The translations under genes were made by a program, and so were the position numbers. DNA of 64,000 nucleotides from Octopus vulgaris (lineage: Eukaryota). Shown piece by piece: positions 12,276 to 25,490 of this stretch. How positions within the stretch are numbered: position 1 is the stretch's first letter; each line of letters starts with the position of its first letter. Location of the stretch: NCBI GenBank assembly GCA_951406725.2, contig OX597827.1, positions 40,052,001-40,116,000 on the forward strand, given 5' to 3'. The notes under the pieces were generated by a model. That model did no database searches, had not been told where the DNA came from, and saw only the letters and a list, made by a program, of their open reading frames with translations.

Positions 12276-13107
12276 TCCTGTACCCATATGTGCATGTATA
12301 TATAGGTAGGTACATTCATGTATGTATATATACATATATATATTATTTATATTATTATATACAAGGACATGTGTCCTTTCACACATGCATATACACACCA
12401 CGGACTTCAGTCTCTGCCTACCATATTTGCTCACAAGGCTACAGTTGGCCCATATGTGTGTGTGTGTGTGTGTGTGTTTGTGCATGTGTGTCCATGCATG
12501 TGTGTCCATGCATGTGTGTATGCACATATAACACACACACACATATATACATGTCTTCACAACACAGTTCTTTCAAAACTCTGTGACCCTAAATAGTAGT
12601 GCTTTATAAATGTTAATGTTTAATCTATAATATTTATTCATTTGTACCAATTTATCCCCCAAGTTAAGCAAAGACAGTAATATGCCATTTCTAAATGAAG
12701 GGTGTGACACAAAACACACATCCAATCACACACATAGAACAAAACCCTTCAAAATGAAATATCAACAAAATAAAAATAAAAACAGCAATAATCCCCCACC
12801 TTTTCAAAAAAAGCATAGCACTCCCCTTTAAAAGATCATACACCCTCTAAAATATAAAGTGAAATATAAACAACAAACACCCTTCAAAATAAAGCAAGAA
12901 ACCCCCTTTTTTTATAAAAAGTAAAAAATATAGTGATGGGTTCCCTTAAAAAAAAGCAACAAAGCTTTTTAAAAGAAAAGTATATATATAACAAAATAAC
13001 CAAAAAAATTTCAAAATTATAAGAAGAAAAAAAGACTGAAAAAAAGATTCAAAACAATGAAACAAACAGCATAGAACATGAAAATATAAATGCACTTTCG
13101 CGCTTAC

Positions 13108-13227
13108 GTTGACAGAACCATGACAACAACAACAACTACAATCACTGCGTGACAGAATGGAAACTAGTTCCCACACTATTAGAAATGACAGTGAAAGCAG
13201 AGGAGAATGTTTGACATTTCCACCAAT
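13108..13227 (-). other. Candidate exon (120 nt), possibly carrying a start codon
   Basis: Minus strand gtgcttgtAG|attggtgg...gtcATGgttctgtcaac|GTAAGc, followed by a long T-rich intron-like tract in repeat-free sequence. Frame 0 is also fully open. Confidence 0.45.
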
Positions 13228-14401
13228 CTACAAGCACAGACATTTTGAAGTGTGACAATGTAAATAGGGGGTTAGTATAAAGAGTTGCTAACAGACAGAC
13301 AAGTGGAGTTAATAAAGAGAAGAGGAGATTAATAGGTAAATGGTATTTATTGAATCACAGAGCAAACAGCCTGAACCAAAAAGATATTAGACAATCATAT
13401 GGAGAGGTCAACTGTTTTTTACTGTGTCACTGGCAAAATTATGTTTTTCTCTAAAGCCAATACAGGTTGTTAACTCTAAACCAGTCCACCTAACTGGGGG
13501 GGGGGGATGTATTACTGTATAAGTTCAACTGACAGCTGTTAGCAGGGGCAGCACTGTAAAATTAAAGAGTGTTCTGTTAACTTGCAGTCATCTTCAACTA
13601 TACTTGTAAGTTAAGTTTAGAGAGACACTGGTTCTAGCAAACAGATTTGCTTCCTAGATACCTGGCATAAAGATGAGTAACGAGGGAACCTGCACAAGGT
13701 CACTAGTCCTGCTAGAAATAGCAACAAAATTATCTCCTAAAATATTGATGCTATACAATTTGCAAGGATGGTTTTGAAATCAGGATAAAAAAATTATCTT
13801 AGAAACACCAAAAACATTTAGAGAAGCAAAACTTGTGTTACCCAGTGTTATATTTTGACTCACTCAGATCTAACCTTTTAGTATCAGGTTAGATGCTAAA
13901 CAATGACCACATGAAGAAAAATAACCAGAGAATCACTGTGTGGTAATTCTACCAGCTAAAAATAATAGCCAAATCTCTCAAATCACACCATATTATCATA
14001 AAAAAAATAGAACTGGACAAGATAAACCTGGATATACAAAATGATGGGATGGTCACAGATGAAACATATCTGGCTATCAGTCTGCTCAACCAATGACTAC
14101 ACAAAAACGAAGTCTACTGTGGCAACCTTTTGGCCCAACAGGCTGTGGGACTTGCAATTTACTGCACCAAATATTATCATCATTCCACAAGAAATGCTTT
14201 GTAGCTAAGTCAGGGTATCCACATGGTGAGGAGGTTAATGTGTTGCTGATCCAGCCGATCTGTGATCAAAGACATTCCAGTCTTGACCATCCAGAATCAC
14301 ATTACTTAATATGTCCTTCCACTTTCCTTAGAATACATTATCTTGTGCTTCACTCTAAATAACTTTGCTTTATTGCAATGTTATTAATATTGTTGTTGTG
14401 A

Positions 14402-14612
14402 AGGTGGTGAGCTGGCAGAATTGTTAGCACACTGGGCAAAATGCTTAGTGGCATTTTGTCTGTCTTCAAATTCTGAGTTCAAATTCCACCAAGGTTGAAT
14501 TTGCCTTTCAACCTTTCAGGGTCGATAAAATAAGTACCAGTCAAGCACTGGGGTCAATGTAATTGACATACCCCTCCTCCAGAATTGCTGGCCTTGTATC
14601 AAAATTTGAAAT
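14402..14612 (+). mobile_element. SINE family B (older copy)
   Basis: ggtggtgagctggcagaa...gagttcaaattcc...tttgcctttca, matching 44924-45156. Confidence 0.8.
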
Positions 14613-15410
14613 CAATATTATAGTTGTTGTTTTTAGCCCATGGTCAGCTCTGGTCAAGCAAGTCTATGACCCTAATCATCCTGGCTTTTCAAACATAGCT
14701 TGTTTTTTGTTTTGTTTTTTTCTTGGGCAATATTATCCTGTCTTTTATTTGGATATAGACTATCAGAGAATACATTATTCAATGTGTTCTTTCTTTTCCC
14801 AAAAAACAAGAGGGAAATAGGGTGTGATTTGGGGCAAATTTGGATGTTGTTCAGATTCCTCTTTAGCATCGTAAGTTCTCTGATTCTGGGAGGAAAAATG
14901 TGGGCAGGGAAGACAAGAAAAGATGACAAATATAGGTGGAGAGGAGGGTTATTGTTGTGAAAGTGATGGGAGAAGAACAGATAGGCATATTGGATGGGTT
15001 TAGGTCAGGCTGATATAAAGCTTGTTAATTCAGAAGAGCTGAAACCATGAAAGTAGTGAGAGCAGAGGCAGTATAGTGTCAGTAAACTTTGAAGTTCAAA
15101 TTTCAGTTCTAAGAAATCTCATGCCCCTCAACACAAACAGACAATCAGTCTCTGTTGATTCTGTCTGTCTGTCTCTCTCTCTTCCACGAACAAATCCTAA
15201 TGATTTTGGTTTATGTAAACCATCCAGAATTTTATCAATCTGACATTTCACATCCCTGCTCTTCCATTACTCCATGTAATTTTTGTAGAAATTGCAAACT
15301 CTCAATTATTCATTGCAAGAAAAAAAAAGAGAAAAAGAAAAACAAAAGGAAAAATGAAAACGAATGGAAGAATACCCCCCCCCCCCGCAAGTTCTAAAAG
15401 CAATACTTAC

Positions 15411-15467
15411 AAAGACACGCCATCGTTTCCAGAACAAAAACATAACACAGACACCAATTGTAATTAC
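15411..15467 (-). other. Candidate exon (57 nt)
   Basis: Minus strand tttttcacgtattgcAG|gtaattac...gcgtgtcttt|GTAAGTa; frame 0 reads VITIGVCVMFLFWKRWRVF. Confidence 0.45.
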
Positions 15468-15616
15468 CTGCAATACGTGAAAAATTAAATATTAGTTTCT
15501 TGAAGAACAAGTTGACAAGTGCACACATACAAGCATTCATATATATAAATGCACACAAATACATACATATACTAATATACATATAATAAATGCATGTATA
15601 CACACACACACACACG

Positions 15617-15912
15617 ACTGCGGCCAAATCCACCCCAGGACTTATTCTTTGTAAGCCTAGTACTTATTCCATCGGTCTCTTTTGCCAAACTGCTAAGTTA
15701 CAGAGACGTAAACACACCAGCATCAGTTGTCAACCGATGGTGGGGGTACTAACACAGACACACAAAGACACACACACATATATATATGACGGACTTCTTT
15801 CAGTTTCTGTCTACCGAATCCACTCACATGGCTTTGGTCGGCCCGAGGCTATAGTGGAAGATACCTGCCCAAGGTGCCATATAGTAGGACTGAACACAGA
15901 ACCATGTGGTTG
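15617..15912 (-). mobile_element. SINE family A
   Basis: Matches the family A consensus. Confidence 0.85.
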
Positions 15913-15929
15913 GTATATATGCATTATAT

Positions 15930-16113
15930 ATGATAGATCACTAGCCACTACACATTCTTTATTTTCTCTCCTTGTTTCTTTCTGTGTTCCTTTCTGTGGA
16001 AGAGCGTAGGCTCAAAACGTTAATGACTTTTTCACTTCCCAAACGTTAAACTAATACATCTGTTTGTTGTCTACACCACCTGTCTTCGTCTTTTTTTTTG
16101 TGTATTCTCTCCC

Positions 16114-16115
<2 letters not shown>
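15930..16115 (+). mobile_element. Short Penelope-terminal-like repeat with a degenerate hammerhead motif
   Basis: ttt-CTGTGGA-a-gagc-gtag-gctc-AAAAC-GTT-aa at 15991-16023; flanked by (TA)n. Confidence 0.5.
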
Positions 16116-16161
<46 letters not shown>

Positions 16162-16573
16162 CATATATATATGTGTGTCTGTGTTCAATATGTAGGTTCA
16201 AGTATGGCTGTATGGTTAAGAAGTTTGCTTCCCAGCCATATGGCTTCGGGTTCAGGCACAGTATGCAACAACTTAGGCAAATGTCTTCTAATATATCCCC
16301 AGAGGAAATAGATAAGAGTTGGCAACAAGAACGTAGAAAATCTGCCTCCAATAAGTTCCCACTGACCCATGCAAGCTTGGAAAAATTGGACATTAAAATG
16401 ATAGTGTTATATAAATTCTACTTCATATGTAGGACACCTTTTTTTTTTCCTGGTGGTTTTTGTTAAAATAAAATGTTTTTTAGTTGAAGCAAAATGCCCT
16501 AACTTCACAAATGTGAAGTACCACTAACTCTTCAGGTATGAAATTAAAGAAAAGTCTGATTTTTATATTTTTC

Positions 16574-16634
16574 CTATTATTATTGTTATTGTTATTATTG
16601 TTATTGTTATTGTTATTATTATTATTATTATTAT

Positions 16635-16723
<89 letters not shown>
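16574..16723. repeat. Compound trinucleotide microsatellite (TTA/TTG)n-(GTA)n-(GCA)n
   Basis: Directly visible. Confidence 0.95.
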
Positions 16724-16725
<2 letters not shown>

Positions 16726-16929
16726 TGTTAGTAATGTATTTGCTTGTTTTCTGTTGTCAGCAATGAAGGAGGTGTGCGAAACTTCAAATTACTAAGAGTT
16801 TAAGGTGTAGAATTTCACCAATGTCTAAAAGGCACAATACAATGGCTACTACAGTTAAATTGAAACTCATAACCATGTGATAAAACTGTCTATCAATTTA
16901 ATTCACAGCTAGAGTGTTTCCTTTTGTTT

Positions 16930-16933
16930 GTGT

Positions 16934-16978
<45 letters not shown>

Positions 16979-17000
16979 CATACATATATATACATATATA

Positions 17001-17038
<38 letters not shown>

Positions 17039-17067
17039 CATATATATATATACATATATATATATAC

Positions 17068-17098
<31 letters not shown>

Positions 17099-17103
17099 CA
17101 TAC

Positions 17104-17145
<42 letters not shown>

Positions 17146-17249
17146 GTGAGTCAGTATATATATATATATATTCTAATAGTGAGTTAGTATATATATATAG
17201 TATATATGTATGTGTATATATATATATATATATTCTAATAGTGAGTCAG

Positions 17250-17286
<37 letters not shown>

Positions 17287-17302
17287 TCTAATAGTGAGTC
17301 AG

Positions 17303-17341
<39 letters not shown>

Positions 17342-17360
17342 TCTAATAGTGAGTCAGTAG
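16930..17360. repeat. (TA/CA)n microsatellite followed by a 5-copy ttctaatagtgagtcagta minisatellite
   Basis: Motif starts at ~17141, 17171, 17233, 17287 and 17341, separated by (TA)n. Confidence 0.9.
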
Positions 17361-18400
17361 GAGGAGAACAATGTCCATGACCTTTGTAAGCCAACTCCTA
17401 GAGAAAACTGAAGGGGTGAGCCTACTCCTAAGGCCAGCCTGAACATCTAACATCTATATATCAATGTCTGTAGGAACAAAACGTGGGTGTGGACAAGAGA
17501 ACCTGGTATGAATGAAAGGATTGCCAAAGAATGAAGTGAAGTTCAACAAAGGCATCCAAGTAACTGATGATGATATTTACCAAAGAATGACTTGCTAGGT
17601 GTGGTATCTTCTCTGTCCCTCTCTCTCTCTCTCTCTCTTTCTCCCTCTCTATCTACTTATCTATCTGTCTATATCACAGGTTAAGAAGCCCACTTTGCAA
17701 CCATGTGGTTTCAGGTTCAGTCCCACTGCATGGCACCTTGAGCAAGTGCCTTTGACGACAACTCAGAACCAACCAACACCTTGTGAGTGGCTTTGGTAGA
17801 CGGAAACTGAAAGAAGCCCATGACTGTATGCTAAGAAGCTTGCTTCACAACCACATGATTCCAGGTTCAGTCCCACCATATAGCCTCAGGCTATAGTAGA
17901 ACTTGGTGGTTCAGCAAAAGAGACCAATAGAATAAGTATCAGTAAATAAAAAATAAGTACTGGGGTCAATTTATTCAACTAAAATTCTTGAAGATGGTGC
18001 CCCAGCATGGCCACACTCTAATGACTGAAACAAGTAAATGGTATTAAAAAAAAAGAGAAAAGATAAGTGCAGGCATGGCTGTGTGTTAAGAAGTTTGCTA
18101 ACCAATGACATGGAACCTTGGACAAGTGTCTTCTACTATAGCTTTGGACTGACTAAAGCCTTATGAGGGGATTTGGTAGATAGAAACTAAAAGAAGCCTG
18201 TCATGTGTGTGTGTATTTGTCTGTCTGTCTGCCTCAACATCAGTGTTGGGTTACGTCCCAACAACTTAATTGAGACCAATAGAAAAAGTGCCAATAGAAT
18301 AAGTCCTGGGGTCGATTTGTTCAATTAAACCCTACAAAGCAGTGCCCTAACATGTCTACAGTCCATTAGACTGAAACAAGTAAACAATAGAAGATAAAAG

Positions 18401-18451
<51 letters not shown>

Positions 18452-18769
18452 CCTCCCTCTCCCTATCTCCCTCCCTCCCTCTCCTTCTCTCTCTCTTTGT
18501 GCATGCATGTGTGTATATACACACATTTATGTATGTATACATTATATCCAAAGCTTATAGTTTCAAAATGAAAGACTAAGATAGCACAAAGCACAGAGTT
18601 TGTTTTTAACACATATTTCAACTACAACCATGGTCATCAGTCTAGTTTCACAGTATGAATTTCCATATGGCTTCTGAAATTGTAAAACTCAAATAGTGAG
18701 CACACTCTCTCTTTTTTCCAACTTTTTTTCCAAGCCTTGTATTTCCTCTACAGCAGGACACCTGTTTTT

Positions 18770-18998
18770 TATTTCTTTACTGCCCACAAGGGGCTACACA
18801 CAGAGGGGACAAACAAGGACAGCCAAACAGATTAAGTTGATTATATCAACCCCAGTGCATTACTGGTACTCATTTAATCGACCCCGAAAGGATGAAAGGC
18901 AAAGTCGACCATGGCGGAATTTGAACTCAGAATGTAGTGGCAGACAAAATACCGCTAAGCATTTCGCCAGGCGTGCTAACGATTCTGCCAGCTCACTG
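18770..18998 (-). mobile_element. SINE family B
   Basis: Near-identical to 23534-23764. Confidence 0.9.
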
Positions 18999-19466
18999 CT
19001 GTTTCTATCTCTCTATTATACTTTATTTAACCTCTCATCACTCAGTATGCAATGACCTCCCTCAATATTTCTCCCCATTTCAGTTAATGGGGTCTTGTCT
19101 TGCAAGTTATTTAGTGACCTCACTGGTGCTGGTGCCATGTAAAAAAATCACCCAGTACATCCTGTAAAGTGGTTGGTTTCAAGAAGGGCATCTAACTATA
19201 AAAAAATCAATGCCAAAGCAGGCAGTAGAGTTTGGTGTAGACGTCTGACTCACCAGCTTGTGTCAAACTGTACAACCCATGCCAGCATGGAAAGCAGACA
19301 TTAAATGATGATGATCACCACCATCATCATCACTATCGTTTTCTTTAGAGACTTTCCAAAGTAACATGACACACACAAACTTCCATACTTAAAAACTGAG
19401 AAGCATTTATATCTTACACTAATTTCTTTAGAGGTCACAACGGGGGAAAACACTGCCTACCTATAT

Positions 19467-19516
<50 letters not shown>

Positions 19517-20274
19517 GTATACAAATATATAAACATTCACACATAAAACTCCATCTGTTATTTGAAGAAAACACAAGAAAATGTCAACAGCTAATGCTTC
19601 CAAACAACTGTATGTATGCCAAAGTGTGTGTGCATGTGCATATATGTGTGCATGTGCATATATGTGTGCTTGTGCAAGTGTGCATTCACATACGTATGCA
19701 CGTGTACACATGCACATGTGTGCGTATGCTGCATGACCGATGCTATCTCTCAAAGAAGATAATAACTGATTTGTTATCTCATTCCCCAACATTATAAAAG
19801 CATAACTTGCAATCTCTCATCTCTGTCCTGCTTTCTCTTTTAGTCACACACATTTTACCCACACACATGCGTGCGAGCACACACACACATGCACACACAT
19901 GATACACAAGCAGATACACACAAACATACACCAACTCCAAGTCTCTATTCAGCATATTTTATACTTCGTCATAAAACAACATACACATTCTCTTTCACAG
20001 CCGCATACATAGATATACCCTGGTGGTTGTCTTTTATAAACACACTCTTCTCTCTTTCAAACATAACACATACACAGAATTTAACATCTCATCTTCAAAA
20101 CAGACATGCATATTTAAGAAAAATAAGAAAAAGTGGAAAATAAATTTTAGACAAGGGATGTGTAGTTAAGAAGCTCATTTCACAACCACATAGTTTCAGG
20201 TTCAGTCCCATTGCATGGCACCCTGGGCAAATGTCTTCTATTATAATCCTGAGCTGACCAAAAACTCTCTCTGT

Positions 20275-20344
<70 letters not shown>

Positions 20345-20563
20345 GTGTTTTTTTTTGTCTCACCCAAATTTTGACAACTGTTGTTAGTTTCTTCACATCC
20401 CTATAACTTAGGTGTCTGAGAAAATAAACTGAAAGAATAAGTACCAGGCTTTTAAAAAATAAGTACTGGAAGCATGAATTTCCAAAGTGAATTTCTGAAA
20501 GATACAGCCATGCCTCTCTCTTTCTCTGTATATATACATACATATATATACTGTGTATATATA

Positions 20564-20603
<40 letters not shown>

Positions 20604-20774
20604 TCATCATCGTTTAACGTCCACTTTCCATGCTAGCATGTGTTGGATGATTTGACTGAGGTCTGGCGAATCAGATGGCTGCACCAGGCTCCAGTCTGAT
20701 CTGGCAGAGTTTCTACAGCTGGATGCTCTACCTAATGCCAACCACTCCGAGAGTGTAGTGGGTGCTTTTACGTG

Positions 20775-20819
<45 letters not shown>

Positions 20820-20821
<2 letters not shown>

Positions 20822-21029
20822 TCAAAAATGTACTCATGGACTGTTGGTGATTTTTTTTCCTCCTTTTTCTTTTAGACTTTTCTATGTCTCCTGTTTCCGA
20901 AGAAGAGCTTTGCTTGAAACGTAAAAACAATCACTCTTTCTTTCTTTGAGTGTCTCATTAATACTTTGCACGTACTACATCCTCACACTGTTGTTTCTTT
21001 TCTTGTGTTTTTCTTGCACTGTGTTTTTC

Positions 21030-21030
<1 letters not shown>
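20820..21030 (+). mobile_element. Short Penelope-terminal-like repeat containing a minimal hammerhead motif
   Basis: Flanked by (TA)n; contains ttt-CCGAAGA-a-gagc-ttt-gctt-GAAAC-GTA-aaa. Confidence 0.55.
20892..20928 (+). ncRNA. Minimal type I hammerhead ribozyme-like motif (U4C variant)
   Basis: Core CCGAAGA at 20897-20903, stem II gagc/gctt, GAAAC at 20916-20920, GUA triplet, short stem I ttt/aaa. Confidence 0.5.
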
Positions 21031-21071
<41 letters not shown>

Positions 21072-21385
21072 TACATACATATATATGTATATACATATGA
21101 TCAGAGAGTGAGACAGAAAGACAAACAGACAGACAAACAGACAGACAGACTCATTTTTGAAACAATCAGCACTTCATCACTCAACTTCTATTTGATATTA
21201 TTCAACCAATGTAACTAAAGATGACAGTACCCTATACACCCTACCATCATTCTTTCTGTACAACTTGTCATTACACACACACACACACTTTCTCTATCCC
21301 CTCTCCACCACCACCCTCTTACTGTTACTCTGTTTCTATTATCAGTCCTGTAACTTTCACCATCCATCCTAGTTCTTCTGTTAGT

Positions 21386-21453
<68 letters not shown>

Positions 21454-21909
21454 TCACCTATTTAAACAACGCCTTGAGTAAATGACTACATCATGGAGTC
21501 ATGAGCATTCTCTAGTCTTATAAGGTATGAAACAACTTCACTTGTGCCAATGCCATAACAAAAGAAAAAAGAATCCAGTATACTCTATAAAGTGAATGGG
21601 TGGAGACACTGTAGGACTAAGAGGAAACTTTAGTCTTGTCAAGGACATGACAACCTCACTAATGCTGGTGCCATGATAAAATACATCAAGTATGCTCTGT
21701 AAAGTGGTTGATGAAAAGAATGGCATCCAACAATAGAAACCAAACCAAAGATGAAACCAGAAGTGGTACATTGACTCAATGATGAGGCAATGATATCAAA
21801 TGAAGACTCGAACCATGATGTCCCATTTAAGTCATGCCAGCATCAAAAGCAGACATGAAATGATGATGGTGATGATGATACTGACGACAATGAAGATGGT
21901 GGTGACAAC

Positions 21910-22225
21910 TGTTATGGCAAGAGTCATGACGCCCCCTGTGAGAATGGACTAGCCAAACTCGTATAAGTAGCAGTGTGCTTGACTGAGTGAGATATGAGAA
22001 ATCACAGGAAGTCGAAAGGTGTCACTGAGTGTTCATAGAGTTGCAAGAAATTGCTGAGAAGTTGTTAAAGTTCATCGAAAGTTGTTTTGGATTGGTTACA
22101 TTTGTTGGCAGAGTATTTGGGAATACATCAAGTGTGGACAGTTAGTGCTATCCCTGCTTCGTGGTATTGTATAATACCCTGTTCTAAGTCCATATTATAA
22201 AAGTGGCATACAAAACCACGATACA
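21910..22225 (+). mobile_element. Candidate solo LTR, about 316 bp
   Basis: TG...CA ends with imperfect short IR (tgttatgg/ccacgataca) and TATA-like gtataag at 21961; interrupts a (GAT)n tract. No clear TSD. Confidence 0.4.
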
Positions 22226-22353
22226 AAAATGACAATGACAATTATGATATCAATAATGATGAAGATGATGATGATGACAACAGTGGCATCAACAATGAAT
22301 AGGAGAAGGGGGTGCAACAACAGTAGTGGTTGTACAAAAATCTTACAACTTCA

Positions 22354-22712
22354 GGTATAGGAGTGGCTGTGTGGTAAGTAGCTTACTTACGAACCACATG
22401 GTTCCGGGTTCAGTCCCACTGCATGGCACCTTGGGCAAATGTCTTCTACTATAGCCTCAGGCCAACCAAAGCCTTGTGAGTAGATTTGGTAGAAGGAAAC
22501 TGAAAGAAGCCTGTCGTATATATGTATATATATATGTGCATGTGTTTGTGTGTCTGTGTTTGTCCCCCCAACATCGCTTGACAACCAATGCTGGTGTGGT
22601 TACATCCCCGTAACTTAGTGATTCAGCAAAAGGGAATGATAGAATAAGTACTAGGCTTACAAAGAATAAGTCCTGGGGTCGATTTGCTCGACTAAGTAAA
22701 GAGTAAAGAGTA
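22354..22712 (+). mobile_element. SINE family A
   Basis: A box tggctgtgtgg, B box ggttcagtcc, CORE-like ggcaccttgggcaa, internal (TA)(TG) tract, agtaaag tail. Confidence 0.9.
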
Positions 22713-23533
22713 AATCAATACAATCATCTCTCATTTTGAACCAAAGAACAACTGATTAACAGAACAAGGGAAACAATATGTAACAGGTGTGAAATTTGAC
22801 TGGTGACCACCATTGCTGCCACTGCTGCCATCTGCAGTTGTTTTCAGCTTGAGAGGCAGAGAGAAATAGGGTTTGCTAAGAAATAGAAGAGGGGGAGAAA
22901 TTTCCCTCAAGGGGAGAGAATCACTGAGAGAGATCTTATTTTTTATATACTTATTTTATTATGCGAGTAGATATTTCTATATAATTCATTCTTATTTTTT
23001 TAATTTTTTATGTTTTGGTTGTAACAGAACAACTAGAAAATATTTACTGATTATTATAACAAGCATGGCAGCAAGCTGGCAGAATCATTACAGTACTGGA
23101 CAAAATGCTTAGTGGTATTTCTTCTGACTTTACGTCCTGAGTTCAAATCCTGCTGAGATTGACTTGACTTTTTATGCTTTACAGGTCAATAAATTAAGTA
23201 CCACTCAAGTGCTGGTACTTAATCAACTAGCACCCCTCCTACAAAAATGTCATGCCTTGTGCCTATAGTAGAAAGGATTAATATTATAATAAGCTTAGAT
23301 TGGCTGCTAAAAAAGAAAAAATATATATACTGCATCTTATGTGATTTGAAGATAAACGAAAGTAAATATGGCTCAAGCAAGAATGGAACCTATATCATAG
23401 ACTTGTTACAAGCTTATCCTTACTCTCATTCACACTCTACTTGCTGATGGCTTACTAACAGTCACCCTCACACTCAGATTCCCATTGCCAGATGATGCAT
23501 ACAATTCAAGACAAGACTTATCCAACCAATACC

Positions 23534-23764
23534 TATTTCTTTACTACCCACAAGGGGCTAAACACAGAGGGGACAAACAAGGACAGACAAACAGATTGAG
23601 TCGATTATATCGACCCCAGTGCATAACTGGTACTTATTTAATCGACCCCGAAAGGATGAAAGGCAAAGTCGACCTTGGCAGAATTTGAACTCAGAACATA
23701 AAGACAGACGAAATACCGCTAAGCATTTCGGCCACCGTGCTAACGATTGTGCCAGCTCGCCACC
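23534..23764 (-). mobile_element. SINE family B with a 17-bp TSD
   Basis: TSD cttatccaaccaatacc (23517-23533) and cttatccaatcaatacc (23765-23781). Confidence 0.92.
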
Positions 23765-24509
23765 CTTATCCAATCAATACCAGTATGGAAAAATGGCAGT
23801 AAAGTGATAAACATGATGACGATGATAATAATGATGTTGATGGTGGTATATGGGAATGCATGCAGGTGTGGGTGTGGGGGGGTTAGTTGTACTTATGTTT
23901 AAACTGGCTTAAAATTTGATGTTTATATTTCTTTTGCTTTTTTTTTCTATGCTGTAATTTAGCAGCTTGACAAACAGAAATGAAATAAAATGACTAACAA
24001 GACCAAAATAAGTTACTGGAGTCAATGCCATAGACTAAAACTCTTAAATGTGAAGCTCCAGCAAGGCTGTAGGGCAAAGATTTGAAACAATAAAAAATTA
24101 TGTGTATCTATGTGTGTGTGTTTGTGCATGTACACATCAGAGTGTGTGTGCGTGTGTGTGCGTATGTGTATTGCACACATCCATGTGGGTGTGCGTGTGT
24201 GTTTGTGTATGTGTATGAACATGCACATACATATGTGTGTGCGTGAGCATGCACATCCATATGCATGTGTGTGTGTTTAACAAAAGTAGCTGGTGACTGG
24301 AACCACACCCAGTAGTAAAAGCCCTACCATAAACATAAGGCAAGGGCAGAAACGATGTATGAGCAGAGGGTGGGATCACTTTAGTCATACAGCAGATAAC
24401 CTCTCTTGTGCTGATGGCATGATAAATCCACACTGTATGCACCCAATCCATGCTGTAAAGTGGTTGGTGGCTTAGGAAACACAGTCAACTGTAAAATCTA
24501 TAATAGGTA

Positions 24510-24657
24510 AGGCTGTGTGGTAAGACACTTCCTTCTTAACCACATGGTTCCAGGTTCAGTGCCATTGCTTGGCACCTTGGGTAAGTGTCTTCTACTGTGG
24601 TTTTATGCTAACTTACATCTTATGAGTGAATTTAGTTGAAGGAAACTAAAAGCCCAT

Positions 24658-24734
<77 letters not shown>

Positions 24735-24950
24735 ATGTGTGTGTGTGTCACCCACTACCACTTGACAACCAGTGTTGGTGTGTTTACATCTCCATAACTT
24801 TGCAGTTCAGCAAAAGAGTCTGATAAAAGAAGTACAAGCTTAAAAATATAAAGAAAAATAAGTACCGGGCTCGATTCATTCAACTAAGATTCTTCGAGGC
24901 AGTGCTCCGGTATGGCCACAGTCTACTGACCAAAACAAGTAAAAGATAAA
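24510..24950 (+). mobile_element. SINE family A (older, expanded (TG)n)
   Basis: Homology to the family A consensus. Confidence 0.8.
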
Positions 24951-25083
24951 AATACATGACACACACAGCAAAGATGGCTGGTTGCCTCTGTTGAGTGTCA
25001 ACTAACAAAGGACAGCTACAAGTTGTTAGATGTTAAGAACCATTTGGTAAATGATGGCATAATATAAAATGACCATGGTGACA

Positions 25084-25490
25084 GGCATAGGAGTGGTTGT
25101 GTGGTAAGTAGCTTGCTTATGAACCACATGGTTCCGGGTTCGGTCCCACTGTGTGGCACCTTGGGCAAGTGTCTTCTACTATAACCTCGGGCCGACCAAA
25201 GCCTTGTGAGTGAATTTGGCAGACAGAAACTGAAAGAAGCCTGTCGTATATATGTATATGCATATATATATATATGTGTGTGTGTTTGTGTGTCTGTGTT
25301 TGTCCCCTCAACATCACTTGACAACCGATGCTGATGTGTTTATGTCCCCGTAACTTAGCAGTTAGGCAAAAGAGGCCGATAGAATAAGTACTAGGCTTAC
25401 AAAGAATAAGTCCTGGGGTCAATTTGCTCGACTAAAGGCGGTGCTCCAGCATGGCCACAGTCAAATGACTGAAACAAGTAAATGAGTAAG
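25084..25490 (+). mobile_element. SINE family A, full length
   Basis: Full head-to-tail match to 53006-53432. Confidence 0.92.

Noticed and set aside
15590-16009. Recurring peptide 'DGLLSVSVYQIHSQGFGRPEAIVEDTCPRCH' in many ORFs, suggesting a gene family
   Set aside because: It is the antisense translation of SINE family A.
16538-17291. Poly-L/V/A and YI-repeat ORFs
   Set aside because: Microsatellite translations.
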